Virus record (IMG/VR): IMGVR_UViG_3300037783_000043
Coordinates: 1 to 45,936 of that record
Strand: one strand, 5' to 3'
Source: a virus
Lineage: Duplodnaviria; Caudoviricetes
Length of the DNA stretch: 45,936 nt
Shown: positions 8,113 through 16,896 of the stretch, one piece after another
Numbering within the stretch: the stretch's first letter is position 1
Layout: each line of letters opens with the position of its first letter
Notes under the pieces: generated by a model
Seen by the model: the letters and a program-made list of their open reading frames with translations, nothing else
Database searches by the model: none
Told to the model about the DNA's origin: nothing
Program-made: the position numbers and the translations under genes

Positions 8113-11100
8113 ATGGCACGAATTACATTCCAGAAAGCTCCAGAAGATATACAGCCGGGCGATACAATAAAGTCCTCCGACATGGCCAAGCTGGCGGACG
8201 CTTTTAATTCCAGAATAAAAAGTGGTTGCGGTGATTTTGTTTACAGGCTTTCTTGGGCCGCGTCCTCCGTAGGGCGAAATTTTATTATTGATTCGCCTGA
8301 CTTCGCGTGGTTGGGCGAGTTTATGCATTTCGATCCAAGAATCAACGGCCTTGTCTCATACCCTGCCGGCACATACGGGACCTCCGGCGGAGCCAATCCC
8401 GGAAACCCGTTCGTCAACTTCATCCTCGGCAACGAAAACATCGAGGTCGAAAAATACTCAGTCGCCTCATCCGGGAACCAGCACACCTTCACGCCTTCCT
8501 ACGTCGACTACCTGAACGAAGCCGGAAGGCTCGGCTATGTGTCGACCTCGGCGGCCAACAACTGGATCCTCGCCGCACGGCAACGCGGGGCCTACAACCC
8601 GACGGCAGACGAGCTGCAATCTCCATTCCGGGCCTTCTCGGAGTCGTTCAATGTGGTTGATTTCTCGGGCCAGAAGAATGGTTTCTCAGAAACTTGGGGA
8701 GGCTACGGGCCGAGTTTTCCGCTGAATGATACCGAGCCTGGCGGAGGGAACTGCCAAGCCGACGGGACTTCACCATACTATCGTTTCACGGTCAAGTTCG
8801 AGAAGCTGACCGCTGGTGCACCGACCGGCCTCAATGCCGGGACCTGGAGCTCACCATACGTTGACTTCGGGGACTTCTGCCCGTCCTTCTCTGACTACGG
8901 AACCACGCCATACGTCCTTGGAATATCTGAAAGCGCAACAGCATGGACAGTCATCAGCTTCGACGGCACAAACAATGTTCGAGACCGACTCCCAAAGACC
9001 GACTACTCCCTCGTTCTGGACGGCAGCGGCAGCCTCAAACACCAAAGACTCGAGATCGCAGCCAGGACTCTGAGCTGGATCATAACGGACGCGAGAGGGT
9101 CCGACAGTCAGCGGGCCAACGAGGCATTCCGGATTCTGGACATCACTTTCGACACGGACCGGTATTTCACGAAGCAAAACAGGCTGGCGCCGGCATACGG
9201 CACTGTGTCCGGTCAAAATCTGGTCGCCGTTTACCCGGAGTTCAGGCTCTCATCGACAACGCCGGGAACCAAGTTCACGAACCTTGCGACGAGCGGGACG
9301 ACCCACACGAGTGAGGCGGAGTTCGGGGCTGCCGGGGTCTACATCACTTCGACTGGAATCACTGGGACCGACACCGCTACGATAATCATGCGGGTCGACG
9401 GTGAGCAGTTCGCCAAGTTCACTTTCGGCGCTGATCCGGTGATCAAGTATTTCGATGATCCGGTGGCCGGCGGTGAGGTCGAGTTTGAGCTGGAATCGGT
9501 CAACGGCACATTCACCACCATCGACGTCGAGATTGCCGACCTGTTGGTTGAGACAGGTTCATGGGACCAGCTGGCGACTCTCCTTCGCGCCGGGCTCGCC
9601 GGGTCCAGCTACGCCGTCGACGGGCAGCCTGAGCTGACGGACACGGTCAAGATCGTATCCGATTCATTTTTTAAGGACGGTGTGATGATCACTCCGGCCG
9701 GTGGCCCACGGAACCTGGAGGACAACCTTGAGGAGTCCGGGCTATGGGATGCTGCCCGTAAGACCTTCCACGAGAACCTATCGGTCGTCGGGGACGGGGA
9801 GTTTTATTCGACGCAGCTCTCCGGCGGCGACACATACTTGGAGTTCTACCGGTATTACAACGACTCGCCGAGCTCCGGGAAGGACCTGTTCAAGCACATG
9901 CTCCCGGCCGAGGAGGTATCCTCCGGTGAGATCAAATCCGGAAGGAAATATGTCCTGCTCAATTGCACTGGTGGATCTCATGCCGGAGGGACTTGGGAAT
10001 ATGATGGGGTCACCTACGACTCTGATGTGACCGTTGAAGGAGTCGATGGAGAGACTGAGTTCACCATCAACACCACTGGATACAAGCTCTTCGTCGCCGA
10101 GGGCATTTACAGCGAGGAGGACTACGGAACCACCATCAAACGCGGGTGGACGAACGAGTGGGTGATGCACGTGAACCCGATGCTGATGGATACCATCGGG
10201 ACGAATCCGAGTTTCCAGCTCAACGACTACGCCTTGAATTACCCGCTGGTGGATCGATGCGCGGTCAATTCGCCATTCGCATCAAGCCGGCAGAAATATC
10301 AGTTCAGGGACCCACTGAACAATCTGTATAAGCCCGAGCTTCCGCCAGGATACCGGTATGACGGGAATCTCCACTACAGCAATCCGAGCAATGACTTTTA
10401 CTCGAGCTGCATGGTGTATCCGAAACCGTATATGATCCGCTCAATCACCCATGGGCAGAGTGCTCCCGGGGTGGAACCTGACAGGGTCATCGTGCGCATT
10501 GACGGAAGGCTGCAGCACACATCGACAGCTCCGTCATCATACGGATGGGACCCCACCTCTTGGAACCTGACATCACTGACCAATGAGGCATATCGGACTG
10601 ACGAGAACGCCATTCGTGAGAGAGCGGCCGAGCGGCTTGCCGGGCACGGGTCACTGTCCAAAGTGGGTGACAACGCATACGGCACGACCAACCCGACCAG
10701 CGGCAGCAAGGGCGCGCGTGTCCCGCAGTTCTATTTCGCCAGACTGATTCCGAAGCCATACGACGACGGCAACGACGATTACAACGCTGGCAGCGATACG
10801 CTATTCACCGCGGACATCTGGAAGCAGATGGAGCTTTACCTCCGGGTGATGTGCGAGGGGTGGCTTGATCCTGAGTCCACTACCAATCACGACTGCACCA
10901 GCACGACCATCTCATTCGATTACACGTTTGACCGCCTGTGCCTGCAGGCCTTCGGAGCTCCATGGCTTTACCCGGTGCCAGGTGATCAGAATGGCAACAA
11001 GCCTCGGGCGTTTGGAAATTATCCTGGACAGCGTGCCTGGGCGGAGTGTTTCACCAACATCTGTAAGGCGGTGAACATGCTGCGGTATGCCCGTCTGATA

Positions 11101-11757
11101 CTCCCTTTTTCTGTGGAATATGAGCAGACCGAGAAGGTCGACATGACCGAGCTGACAAGCCCTGACGTGATGACCTCCGGGTGTAATTCAGGATCCCAAG
11201 AAGTCCTGCAGGCTGGATTTACGCCGGCGGAGGCGACCACCGTGGATTTCACTGCACCATGGACATCGATTCCGTTCCCGAGCTTCGCTGTCGAGACTAT
11301 CGCATCGATCAGCACGAACGTATCAGAGTGCCCGGTCTCGGATAACCACGTCCTGCGCGTGGTGAAAGCTGAAGTGCAGCTTCGCGGGGCTCCGGATGCG
11401 GCCGGCCAGCTCAATGCACTTGAGGATGATCTGCAGACCCACATTGATGAAGGCGGTGTGGCCATCCTGGCAAAGCGGACCATCACGAACAATTACGACA
11501 CGCTGACTCCTGTCGGATCACCAGGGGTCGACACAGTGAACCTCGGTGGCCAGAACTACCAGATCACGACAACCGAGACCACTGAGTCAGAGGACTGCGT
11601 GCTGGTCACCGCCAATGCTGAGCTGATCGACCCGGGCGTCCCTCCATCCGGAGATTTTTACCGCGACGGCAACACCACCAACGAAACACGCCGGCGCATT
11701 CTCTACCAGTTCTCCGTCAACCCGGATCCAATCCTTGTCTTTGACGTGGTTGAGTGA
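8113..11757 (+). CDS. Large virion tail-tip / host-recognition protein
   Basis: 1214 aa, G/S/T/Y/D-rich beta-type composition, end of tail operon; no family recognised. Confidence 0.6.
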   Translation: MARITFQKAPEDIQPGDTIKSSDMAKLADAFNSRIKSGCGDFVYRLSWAASSVGRNFIIDSPDFAWLGEFMHFDPRINGLVSYPAGTYGTSGGANPGNPFVNFILGNENIEVEKYSVASSGNQHTFTPSYVDYLNEAGRLGYVSTSAANNWILAARQRGAYNPTADELQSPFRAFSESFNVVDFSGQKNGFSETWGGYGPSFPLNDTEPGGGNCQADGTSPYYRFTVKFEKLTAGAPTGLNAGTWSSPYVDFGDFCPSFSDYGTTPYVLGISESATAWTVISFDGTNNVRDRLPKTDYSLVLDGSGSLKHQRLEIAARTLSWIITDARGSDSQRANEAFRILDITFDTDRYFTKQNRLAPAYGTVSGQNLVAVYPEFRLSSTTPGTKFTNLATSGTTHTSEAEFGAAGVYITSTGITGTDTATIIMRVDGEQFAKFTFGADPVIKYFDDPVAGGEVEFELESVNGTFTTIDVEIADLLVETGSWDQLATLLRAGLAGSSYAVDGQPELTDTVKIVSDSFFKDGVMITPAGGPRNLEDNLEESGLWDAARKTFHENLSVVGDGEFYSTQLSGGDTYLEFYRYYNDSPSSGKDLFKHMLPAEEVSSGEIKSGRKYVLLNCTGGSHAGGTWEYDGVTYDSDVTVEGVDGETEFTINTTGYKLFVAEGIYSEEDYGTTIKRGWTNEWVMHVNPMLMDTIGTNPSFQLNDYALNYPLVDRCAVNSPFASSRQKYQFRDPLNNLYKPELPPGYRYDGNLHYSNPSNDFYSSCMVYPKPYMIRSITHGQSAPGVEPDRVIVRIDGRLQHTSTAPSSYGWDPTSWNLTSLTNEAYRTDENAIRERAAERLAGHGSLSKVGDNAYGTTNPTSGSKGARVPQFYFARLIPKPYDDGNDDYNAGSDTLFTADIWKQMELYLRVMCEGWLDPESTTNHDCTSTTISFDYTFDRLCLQAFGAPWLYPVPGDQNGNKPRAFGNYPGQRAWAECFTNICKAVNMLRYARLILPFSVEYEQTEKVDMTELTSPDVMTSGCNSGSQEVLQAGFTPAEATTVDFTAPWTSIPFPSFAVETIASISTNVSECPVSDNHVLRVVKAEVQLRGAPDAAGQLNALEDDLQTHIDEGGVAILAKRTITNNYDTLTPVGSPGVDTVNLGGQNYQITTTETTESEDCVLVTANAELIDPGVPPSGDFYRDGNTTNETRRRILYQFSVNPDPILVFDVVE

Positions 11758-12041
11758 TGCGAGTCTATTTTCCGATTCCAGAGCAGCCAAAACTCCCGTC
11801 AAAGTCCGTCATGGCAGCCAATGCCGTGAAGGCCGGTGGAAGGCTTCTGACCGCAGTCCTTCACCGGCAACAGGTAATGGTCGACGATGATGAGTTTGAC
11901 CGACGCATGGACATCTGCCGAAAATGTGATCACTTCGTGCCTCACTCAAACCGGTGCGCAAAGTGTGGGTGTTATCTCAAGAGCAAGGTTATCTCCAAGG
12001 CACGAATGCAGACTGAATCATGCCCCATCGACAGATGGTGA
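11754..12041 (+). CDS. Small Cys-rich zinc-binding protein (DUF6171-like)
   Basis: RMDICRKC...RCAKCGC...ESCPIDRW pattern. Confidence 0.7.
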   Translation: MMRVYFPIPEQPKLPSKSVMAANAVKAGGRLLTAVLHRQQVMVDDDEFDRRMDICRKCDHFVPHSNRCAKCGCYLKSKVISKARMQTESCPIDRW

Positions 12042-12065
12042 ACCATTGACGTGAATTGCATAGGC

Positions 12066-12380
12066 ATGGAGCAACTGACTATCGAGCAGTCAATAACCCT
12101 GCTTGTGCCTTTCCTGAGCTACGCCGGGACGCATGCGGCACGACTGGTTGCCGATGCGCTGGACAAGAACATGACCGGGAAATACCGGCCTTTTCTTCCA
12201 TTCGTCTCAGTGCTTATCGGACTGGCAATTGTCTGGTCGCTCCAGTTCGCGGATTCGTGGTTCGGTGAAAACGCTCACCCTGCCATAGTCACTGCATGGG
12301 GCATCTTCTCCGGGGCCCTGGGAGTGTCTGTCCGCGAAATGATCAAGCAATCCCGGAAGATGCTACACCTCGAAGAATGA
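12066..12380 (+). CDS. Holin-like membrane protein
   Basis: Three hydrophobic segments and a basic C-terminus; located after the tail genes. Confidence 0.6.
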   Translation: MEQLTIEQSITLLVPFLSYAGTHAARLVADALDKNMTGKYRPFLPFVSVLIGLAIVWSLQFADSWFGENAHPAIVTAWGIFSGALGVSVREMIKQSRKMLHLEE

Positions 12381-12757
12381 AAAAACTCCATCTCATAATT
12401 GCTGCGGTATTGGTCATGGCAACTGGATGCGCCACCTGGGAAAGACTCGATGGCGGTCAGTTCTTTGATGATCTGATCCGCAGTGTCGTAGGCGCCTCGA
12501 CATCTGTACTGGTGTCAAAGATCGCCGGGCTTGAAAGCACTGAGGCAGCCAGAGACGCCGCCGTCGCCGAGCTCCACTACGCATATGTGCGTGGCTTCTA
12601 TGACCCGGATGAAATCCGCCAGCGGTTCATCATCGAATCACCCATCGCCCAAAACGCATTGGACGAATACGCAAGGCTGCTCTCAAAGCACAAGCTGCGA
12701 GCCAGCAAGCAGACCATGATCCAAGTCATCCAGGGGGTGCGCGATGCAGTTGAATAA
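12377..12757 (+). CDS. Putative lipoprotein (spanin position)
   Basis: MKKLHLIIAAVLVMATGC lipobox-type signal; ATGA overlap with the holin-like gene. Confidence 0.65.
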   Translation: MKKLHLIIAAVLVMATGCATWERLDGGQFFDDLIRSVVGASTSVLVSKIAGLESTEAARDAAVAELHYAYVRGFYDPDEIRQRFIIESPIAQNALDEYARLLSKHKLRASKQTMIQVIQGVRDAVE

Positions 12758-13850
12758 TGTTCTCGGAGGACGTGACCCTCAGAAAGTCGCTCAGCAGTTT
12801 CTCGCCGAGTTCCCGGAGGTCAATTCAGTCGGGTTCGGATTTCCGACCGTTGACGGGAAGATCCGCGAGGATCTTGGTGTGCATATCATCGTCGGGGTGA
12901 CCGCCAAAGTCCGTGTCGGAGGTGGCGGCCAGTTCCAGGGCAACCCTATCCCGAAGGAATGGCAGGGAATCCCGACGGACGTCATTTCCTCAAAGCCTGC
13001 CCACACACCGCCAGCGCCTCAAAACGCAGCTCCTGACGGATCTGTATTCGGTCTGAACAACCTGAGCTATGATTTTCTCGCACCGGGAATGAGCGTCGGG
13101 CAGCACGGTGAGTATGGCGCCGGAACTCTGGGAATGATTGTCTGGGACAAGCACGATGGATTCCCGCACTTCATCACCAACAACCACGTGATCCCGGGTC
13201 CCATCGGGACGCTGGTCACCCAGCCGGCAAAAGGCGAGGTCACCAACCCGAAGACTGTTGGAACCAAGGTCCACGGAACCACAAACGGCATCGACGCGGC
13301 ACTGATACGCATCGAGGACGAATGGCCGCATCACAATATCCCGCTGGGAACTTCCACGCCGATCAACGGATGGTCGCAGCCTGACTTGGGCAAAGTCGTC
13401 AGGAAGGTCGGCAGAACCACCAGTTTGACCGAGGGCAAGATCGTATCCGTGGACATGATCCAGATGCGATACAGCCCGACGAAAGTAGAATACATCTGGG
13501 CCGCGAAGATCGTGCCTCTCATCGACGGGAACCCGGAGGATATTGAAATCTCAGAGCCTGGCGATTCCGGATCAATCTGGTTCGACAGCGACATGAAAGC
13601 AGTCGCCTTGCATTTCGCCGGTGACTCATCCACCCAGCGCGAGCATGAGCGAGCATTCGGATGCCCGGTTGAGAATATCCTCATGATCTTCGGGGTCACC
13701 GCCACATCACCGATCGAAGCCTCTGGCGTGAACGAAATATATCTCCGCCAGGTATGCGACGATGTCGTCACAAAGAGCCGTGCCATCGCAAAGGCCGCTC
13801 AGTCACTAGAAGAACAGGCTACCGCCGTTCTTGCTCAACTGAATGAATAA
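12744..13850 (+). CDS. Trypsin-fold (S1, Nal1-like) serine protease
   Basis: Catalytic triad motifs TNNHV, DAALI and PGDSGS; GTLG and KVGRTT motifs; N-terminal VGFG...IPKEWQGIPTDV pro-domain; C-terminal coiled coil. Confidence 0.9.
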   Translation: MQLNNVLGGRDPQKVAQQFLAEFPEVNSVGFGFPTVDGKIREDLGVHIIVGVTAKVRVGGGGQFQGNPIPKEWQGIPTDVISSKPAHTPPAPQNAAPDGSVFGLNNLSYDFLAPGMSVGQHGEYGAGTLGMIVWDKHDGFPHFITNNHVIPGPIGTLVTQPAKGEVTNPKTVGTKVHGTTNGIDAALIRIEDEWPHHNIPLGTSTPINGWSQPDLGKVVRKVGRTTSLTEGKIVSVDMIQMRYSPTKVEYIWAAKIVPLIDGNPEDIEISEPGDSGSIWFDSDMKAVALHFAGDSSTQREHERAFGCPVENILMIFGVTATSPIEASGVNEIYLRQVCDDVVTKSRAIAKAAQSLEEQATAVLAQLNE

Positions 13851-14071
13851 TGTCGGTCGAGGAATTCATGACACGGTCGTTGCAAGACGCAGTGCCGGTA
13901 AAAGTTGTCATCGCGAACGCTCACAACGCGGTTTACGTCGCGGTGTCATCTCATCTCTCAATCAAAGGATGGGCTGAAGCTATGGTCCCAATTTCAATCT
14001 GCCTCATGAACCTCGGAATCTTCTTCTACTACGTGAAGAAAATCACAACCCTGAAGAAGCCCAAGGGATAG
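13850..14071 (+). CDS. Small membrane protein (holin/antiholin-like)
   Basis: 73 aa, TM segment VPISICLMNLGIFFYYV followed by a K-rich tail; last gene before the terminator. Confidence 0.55.
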   Translation: MSVEEFMTRSLQDAVPVKVVIANAHNAVYVAVSSHLSIKGWAEAMVPISICLMNLGIFFYYVKKITTLKKPKG

Positions 14072-14133
14072 AATTTCCGCCACTGGCATGGCGGGCCTTA
14101 CAGATCCTACGACGACTCATAGCGCGTGTCACA

Positions 14134-14168
14134 CCCCGTTCCGGAAGATGCCCGGAGCGGGGATTTTT
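14134..14168 (+). terminator. Rho-independent terminator of the late operon
   Basis: CCCCGTTCCGG-aagatgc-CCGGAGCGGGG followed by ATTTTT. Confidence 0.8.
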
Positions 14169-14196
14169 CATGCCTGAAAAAAGTTTGAAAAAACAC

Positions 14197-14225
14197 TTGC
14201 GTAAAATCAAATGGTGTCCGATAGT
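14197..14225 (+). promoter_or_regulatory. Sigma70-like promoter (leaderless start at 14232)
   Basis: A-tracts, TTGCGT, 17 nt, GATAGT, 6 nt, ATG; lies just after a terminator. Confidence 0.55.
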
Positions 14226-14231
14226 AAATCC

Positions 14232-14765
14232 ATGGACACGATCAAAATGAAAATCGAACGCACAGAAAAAAACCTGAAAGTAGCTGCTGAAATACTCGCT
14301 TATCTCCAAGGAGACGATGAAATAGTGGCAAGCCGCATAGATCCAGTAATCACAATAGGGATCTCTGGTCAGATCCATTTTTACAATCGTGCGTGCGGAA
14401 TCGGGGGATCAGAGATAGTGCTGGCAGATGGAGACATTGCATCATCATTTGGAGATGGTTGGGATACTGCTGAGCCATCAGATGTGATTTCATTTTTTGA
14501 GGAAACCTATGATGGCCATGGTGCCCCAAAGGCAATGATAACGGCAATCGATGATAATACAGTTGTATTAGAATGGGATGGCTACTCATCTGAATTGCTA
14601 ATGCAGGAATTCGATTGCGACAAGCTGGGCGATGTTATTTCTGCTGGCGAGTCAGACACAATGACTTGCCGCGGATGGGTGATCTTGAATGGTCCTTGCA
14701 AACTGTCTGTCGGAGACTCAATCCAACTAAAAACACCAGACAATTACATTCAGTCTGATGAGTAA
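14232..14765 (+). CDS. Hypothetical acidic protein (moron-like)
   Basis: AT-richer ORF with its own promoter; start taken at 14232 rather than 14211. Confidence 0.7.
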   Translation: MDTIKMKIERTEKNLKVAAEILAYLQGDDEIVASRIDPVITIGISGQIHFYNRACGIGGSEIVLADGDIASSFGDGWDTAEPSDVISFFEETYDGHGAPKAMITAIDDNTVVLEWDGYSSELLMQEFDCDKLGDVISAGESDTMTCRGWVILNGPCKLSVGDSIQLKTPDNYIQSDE

Positions 14766-14937
14766 ACGAGGCGGGGCCAGGCCAGGAGCCGGCAGGAAAC
14801 CGCGCAAGACACCGCGGGCTACGCTATCAGTGCAGCTTGAGCCATCAGACTTAGATCGATTCAAGGAAATCTGCAAGGCCAAGGCAAAATCCCAAGCCCA
14901 GCAAATCACGGAATGGATCAAGCGAGCCAGGCTATGA
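14758..14937 (+). CDS. Small DNA-binding protein, RGGARPGAGRKP motif plus RHH-like domain (not in ORF track)
   Basis: Hand translation: MSKRGGARPGAGRKPRKTPRATLSVQLEPSDLDRFKEICKAKAKSQAQQITEWIKRARL (59 aa). Confidence 0.8.
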   Translation: MSKRGGARPGAGRKPRKTPRATLSVQLEPSDLDRFKEICKAKAKSQAQQITEWIKRARL

Positions 14938-15022
14938 GCTGGATTTTTCTATCAGGCAATATCAGAAAATCAGAAAAACAGCTCTAAAATGCCTGAATAT
15001 TGCTTGAAAACACATCAAATAC

Positions 15023-15050
15023 ACAGGTTCGATCCCTGTCGGGTGCACCA
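15023..15050 (+). other. attP core: 3' fragment of a tRNA (Arg-like)
   Basis: ACAGG-TTCGATC-CCTGT T-arm, then CGGGTGC-A-CCA; no D-arm or anticodon arm; about 100 nt downstream of the integrase stop. Confidence 0.85.
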
Positions 15051-15153
15051 CTTTTTCCTTTAAAATCCCCACTTTTTCACTGATTTCGCGCAATATTTTG
15101 AATCGGCATGGTTCATGGGTGTGCCTTCAGGAACCAAAAGTATCAGAAAAGTA

Positions 15154-16248
15154 TCAGGTGGAACCTGTGTTTCGGAACCATCGGCGGGCGTCGTCTGGGG
15201 TCACCAGCTCCCGGTAATTCCGGAAAATTATCTGCGGGGAGTTTCCGGCCTCGAGCGCAACTTTGTCCGCACTCTCCACCAGCGCAAGGCGGTAACTGAT
15301 CCACGAATGGCGGAGGGCGTTTGGCTTCCACAGATGGCGGATGCCGGCTGATCCAACCGCCTGATGCGGATCCGTCAAGCCTCCCGGCCGCTCCATGGAT
15401 TCGTCCAGGTATTCCATCATGGGACCCAGGACCGGGACAATTCTGCGGCTGCCGGTCTTCGCTTTCTCCGCGGTCACCGTGATCCATCCATCACGGATGT
15501 CCTTCCACTCCAGACGGACAATTTCCGCTGACCTCAGACCGGTCCAGGCAGCGATTGCGATGTAAGCCCGCAGCCGCGGGGATTTCACCGACAGCAGTTC
15601 ATCCAGCTCTTCCGGGGTGTGGATTGATGGGGCTGTGGGCGGTATCCTGGGCAGGTCAAGGCGGTCGATGTGATCCCAGTCGGCCGGCAGCATGCCCTGG
15701 CGCTTGCACCAGCGGAAGAATGTCCTCCATGCTCCGTGGACCTGCCGGACGGTCTTCGGGGCCCAGTCGCTTCCGGTCAGGCCTTTCTGCAGGCACTGGT
15801 GGTCGATCAGGCTCAGATCCCACGGGCACACACGCATCAGGTGGTTCAACTTCTGTGTCAGGTCAGCCAAATGGCGCCGTGACAGGTTCTGCTGGTCTTT
15901 GGCGGACAGGAACATCTCGACAGCGGATTTCAGTGCGGTGGATTGCCGGGCGGTCATCTTCTCGGATCTCAGCTGCTCCCACTCCTGCAGAGCCTGCATC
16001 ACGGTCATGCCGTGCTTCTCGGCGATGGCAACCGCCTTCGGCCAGTCAGTGACAGGCTGGTCTATCCCGACGCGCATCAGATCCAGCTGCCTGGCCGCCT
16101 CTGCCCGGGCGTCTTTCTCCAGCTTTCGCACGATGCGATGCTGCTTCCCGTTCGCAGACCAATACACGCAATAAGTCCCGTCCGACAAACGGGTCAGGCT
16201 GACCACGTTCGATCCTCGCTTCATTCGGACTGGATATTTTTGAGGCAT
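15154..16248 (-). CDS. int: Tyrosine integrase
   Basis: TGLRSAE (R), KAKT (K), NALRHS (R), AGNS, FRNY (Y); adjacent to a tRNA-derived att. Confidence 0.95.
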   Translation of the reverse strand: MPQKYPVRMKRGSNVVSLTRLSDGTYCVYWSANGKQHRIVRKLEKDARAEAARQLDLMRVGIDQPVTDWPKAVAIAEKHGMTVMQALQEWEQLRSEKMTARQSTALKSAVEMFLSAKDQQNLSRRHLADLTQKLNHLMRVCPWDLSLIDHQCLQKGLTGSDWAPKTVRQVHGAWRTFFRWCKRQGMLPADWDHIDRLDLPRIPPTAPSIHTPEELDELLSVKSPRLRAYIAIAAWTGLRSAEIVRLEWKDIRDGWITVTAEKAKTGSRRIVPVLGPMMEYLDESMERPGGLTDPHQAVGSAGIRHLWKPNALRHSWISYRLALVESADKVALEAGNSPQIIFRNYRELVTPDDARRWFRNTGST

Positions 16249-16296
16249 GGCCTGAGCGTTGATTGATTATCAGGTTTTGCTTACGTTTATCTGGTC

Positions 16297-16779
16297 ATGA
16301 ATCTGTCGTCATTCAAAATCGCCATCGGGGTGCTTTCCACTGCTCTGATCATGGAAACCGGATCTCTGGTAATCCTTGCCACGCATTCTTCAAAGCTCCA
16401 GAAGAAAGCCGATCAGCAGGAGGTTCACATCAGCATTCTGAATCAGGAAAACGCCACAGCGATGGCCAAGGTCAGGGAGACATCCAGTCAGATTGATCGC
16501 ATCCAAAAAGAGCTAGAGCAATTACAGAAAATCCAGCCAGTTGAAGAAGGCCAAAAGCCAGTCAAGTCCGATTATCAGCGAAGGACTGATGAGCTACGCG
16601 CAGAACTGGACTTTGCAAGAAAGAGGCCGAGATTCAATCCAAGTTACTATGGCAGCGCAGGCATAGGTGGGTGGAGCTCTGGATTAAATGAGAATAAATC
16701 AGCCAGCGAAATTACATTGCAGAGAGTCGAACAGGAAAGGGAAAGGCAGCAGAGTAAGTGGCAAATAAATAGGCGGTGA
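16297..16779 (+). CDS. Membrane-anchored coiled-coil protein
   Basis: Hydrophobic N-terminus then a Q/E/K-rich heptad region; divergent from int. Confidence 0.7.
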   Translation: MNLSSFKIAIGVLSTALIMETGSLVILATHSSKLQKKADQQEVHISILNQENATAMAKVRETSSQIDRIQKELEQLQKIQPVEEGQKPVKSDYQRRTDELRAELDFARKRPRFNPSYYGSAGIGGWSSGLNENKSASEITLQRVEQERERQQSKWQINRR

Positions 16780-16786
16780 AACAAAT

Positions 16787-16818
16787 TGCCGGGGTCGGCA
16801 TTACCGACCCCATCGGCA
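16787..16818. terminator. Intergenic hairpin (possible terminator or processing site)
   Basis: TGCCGGGGTCGG-catta-CCGACCC-cat-CGGCA; no strong U-tract. Confidence 0.45.
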
Positions 16819-16896
16819 GCTGAGAACAACCTGTGAATAACTTCTGCACACCATGGGACCACAAATGTCCCACCCATGCTGGCAAGCTGGCTAGCG

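Noticed and set aside
15023-15050. Functional phage tRNA gene
   Set aside because: Only the T-arm and acceptor 3' strand are present; upstream sequence has no D-arm, anticodon arm or complementary acceptor 5' strand.
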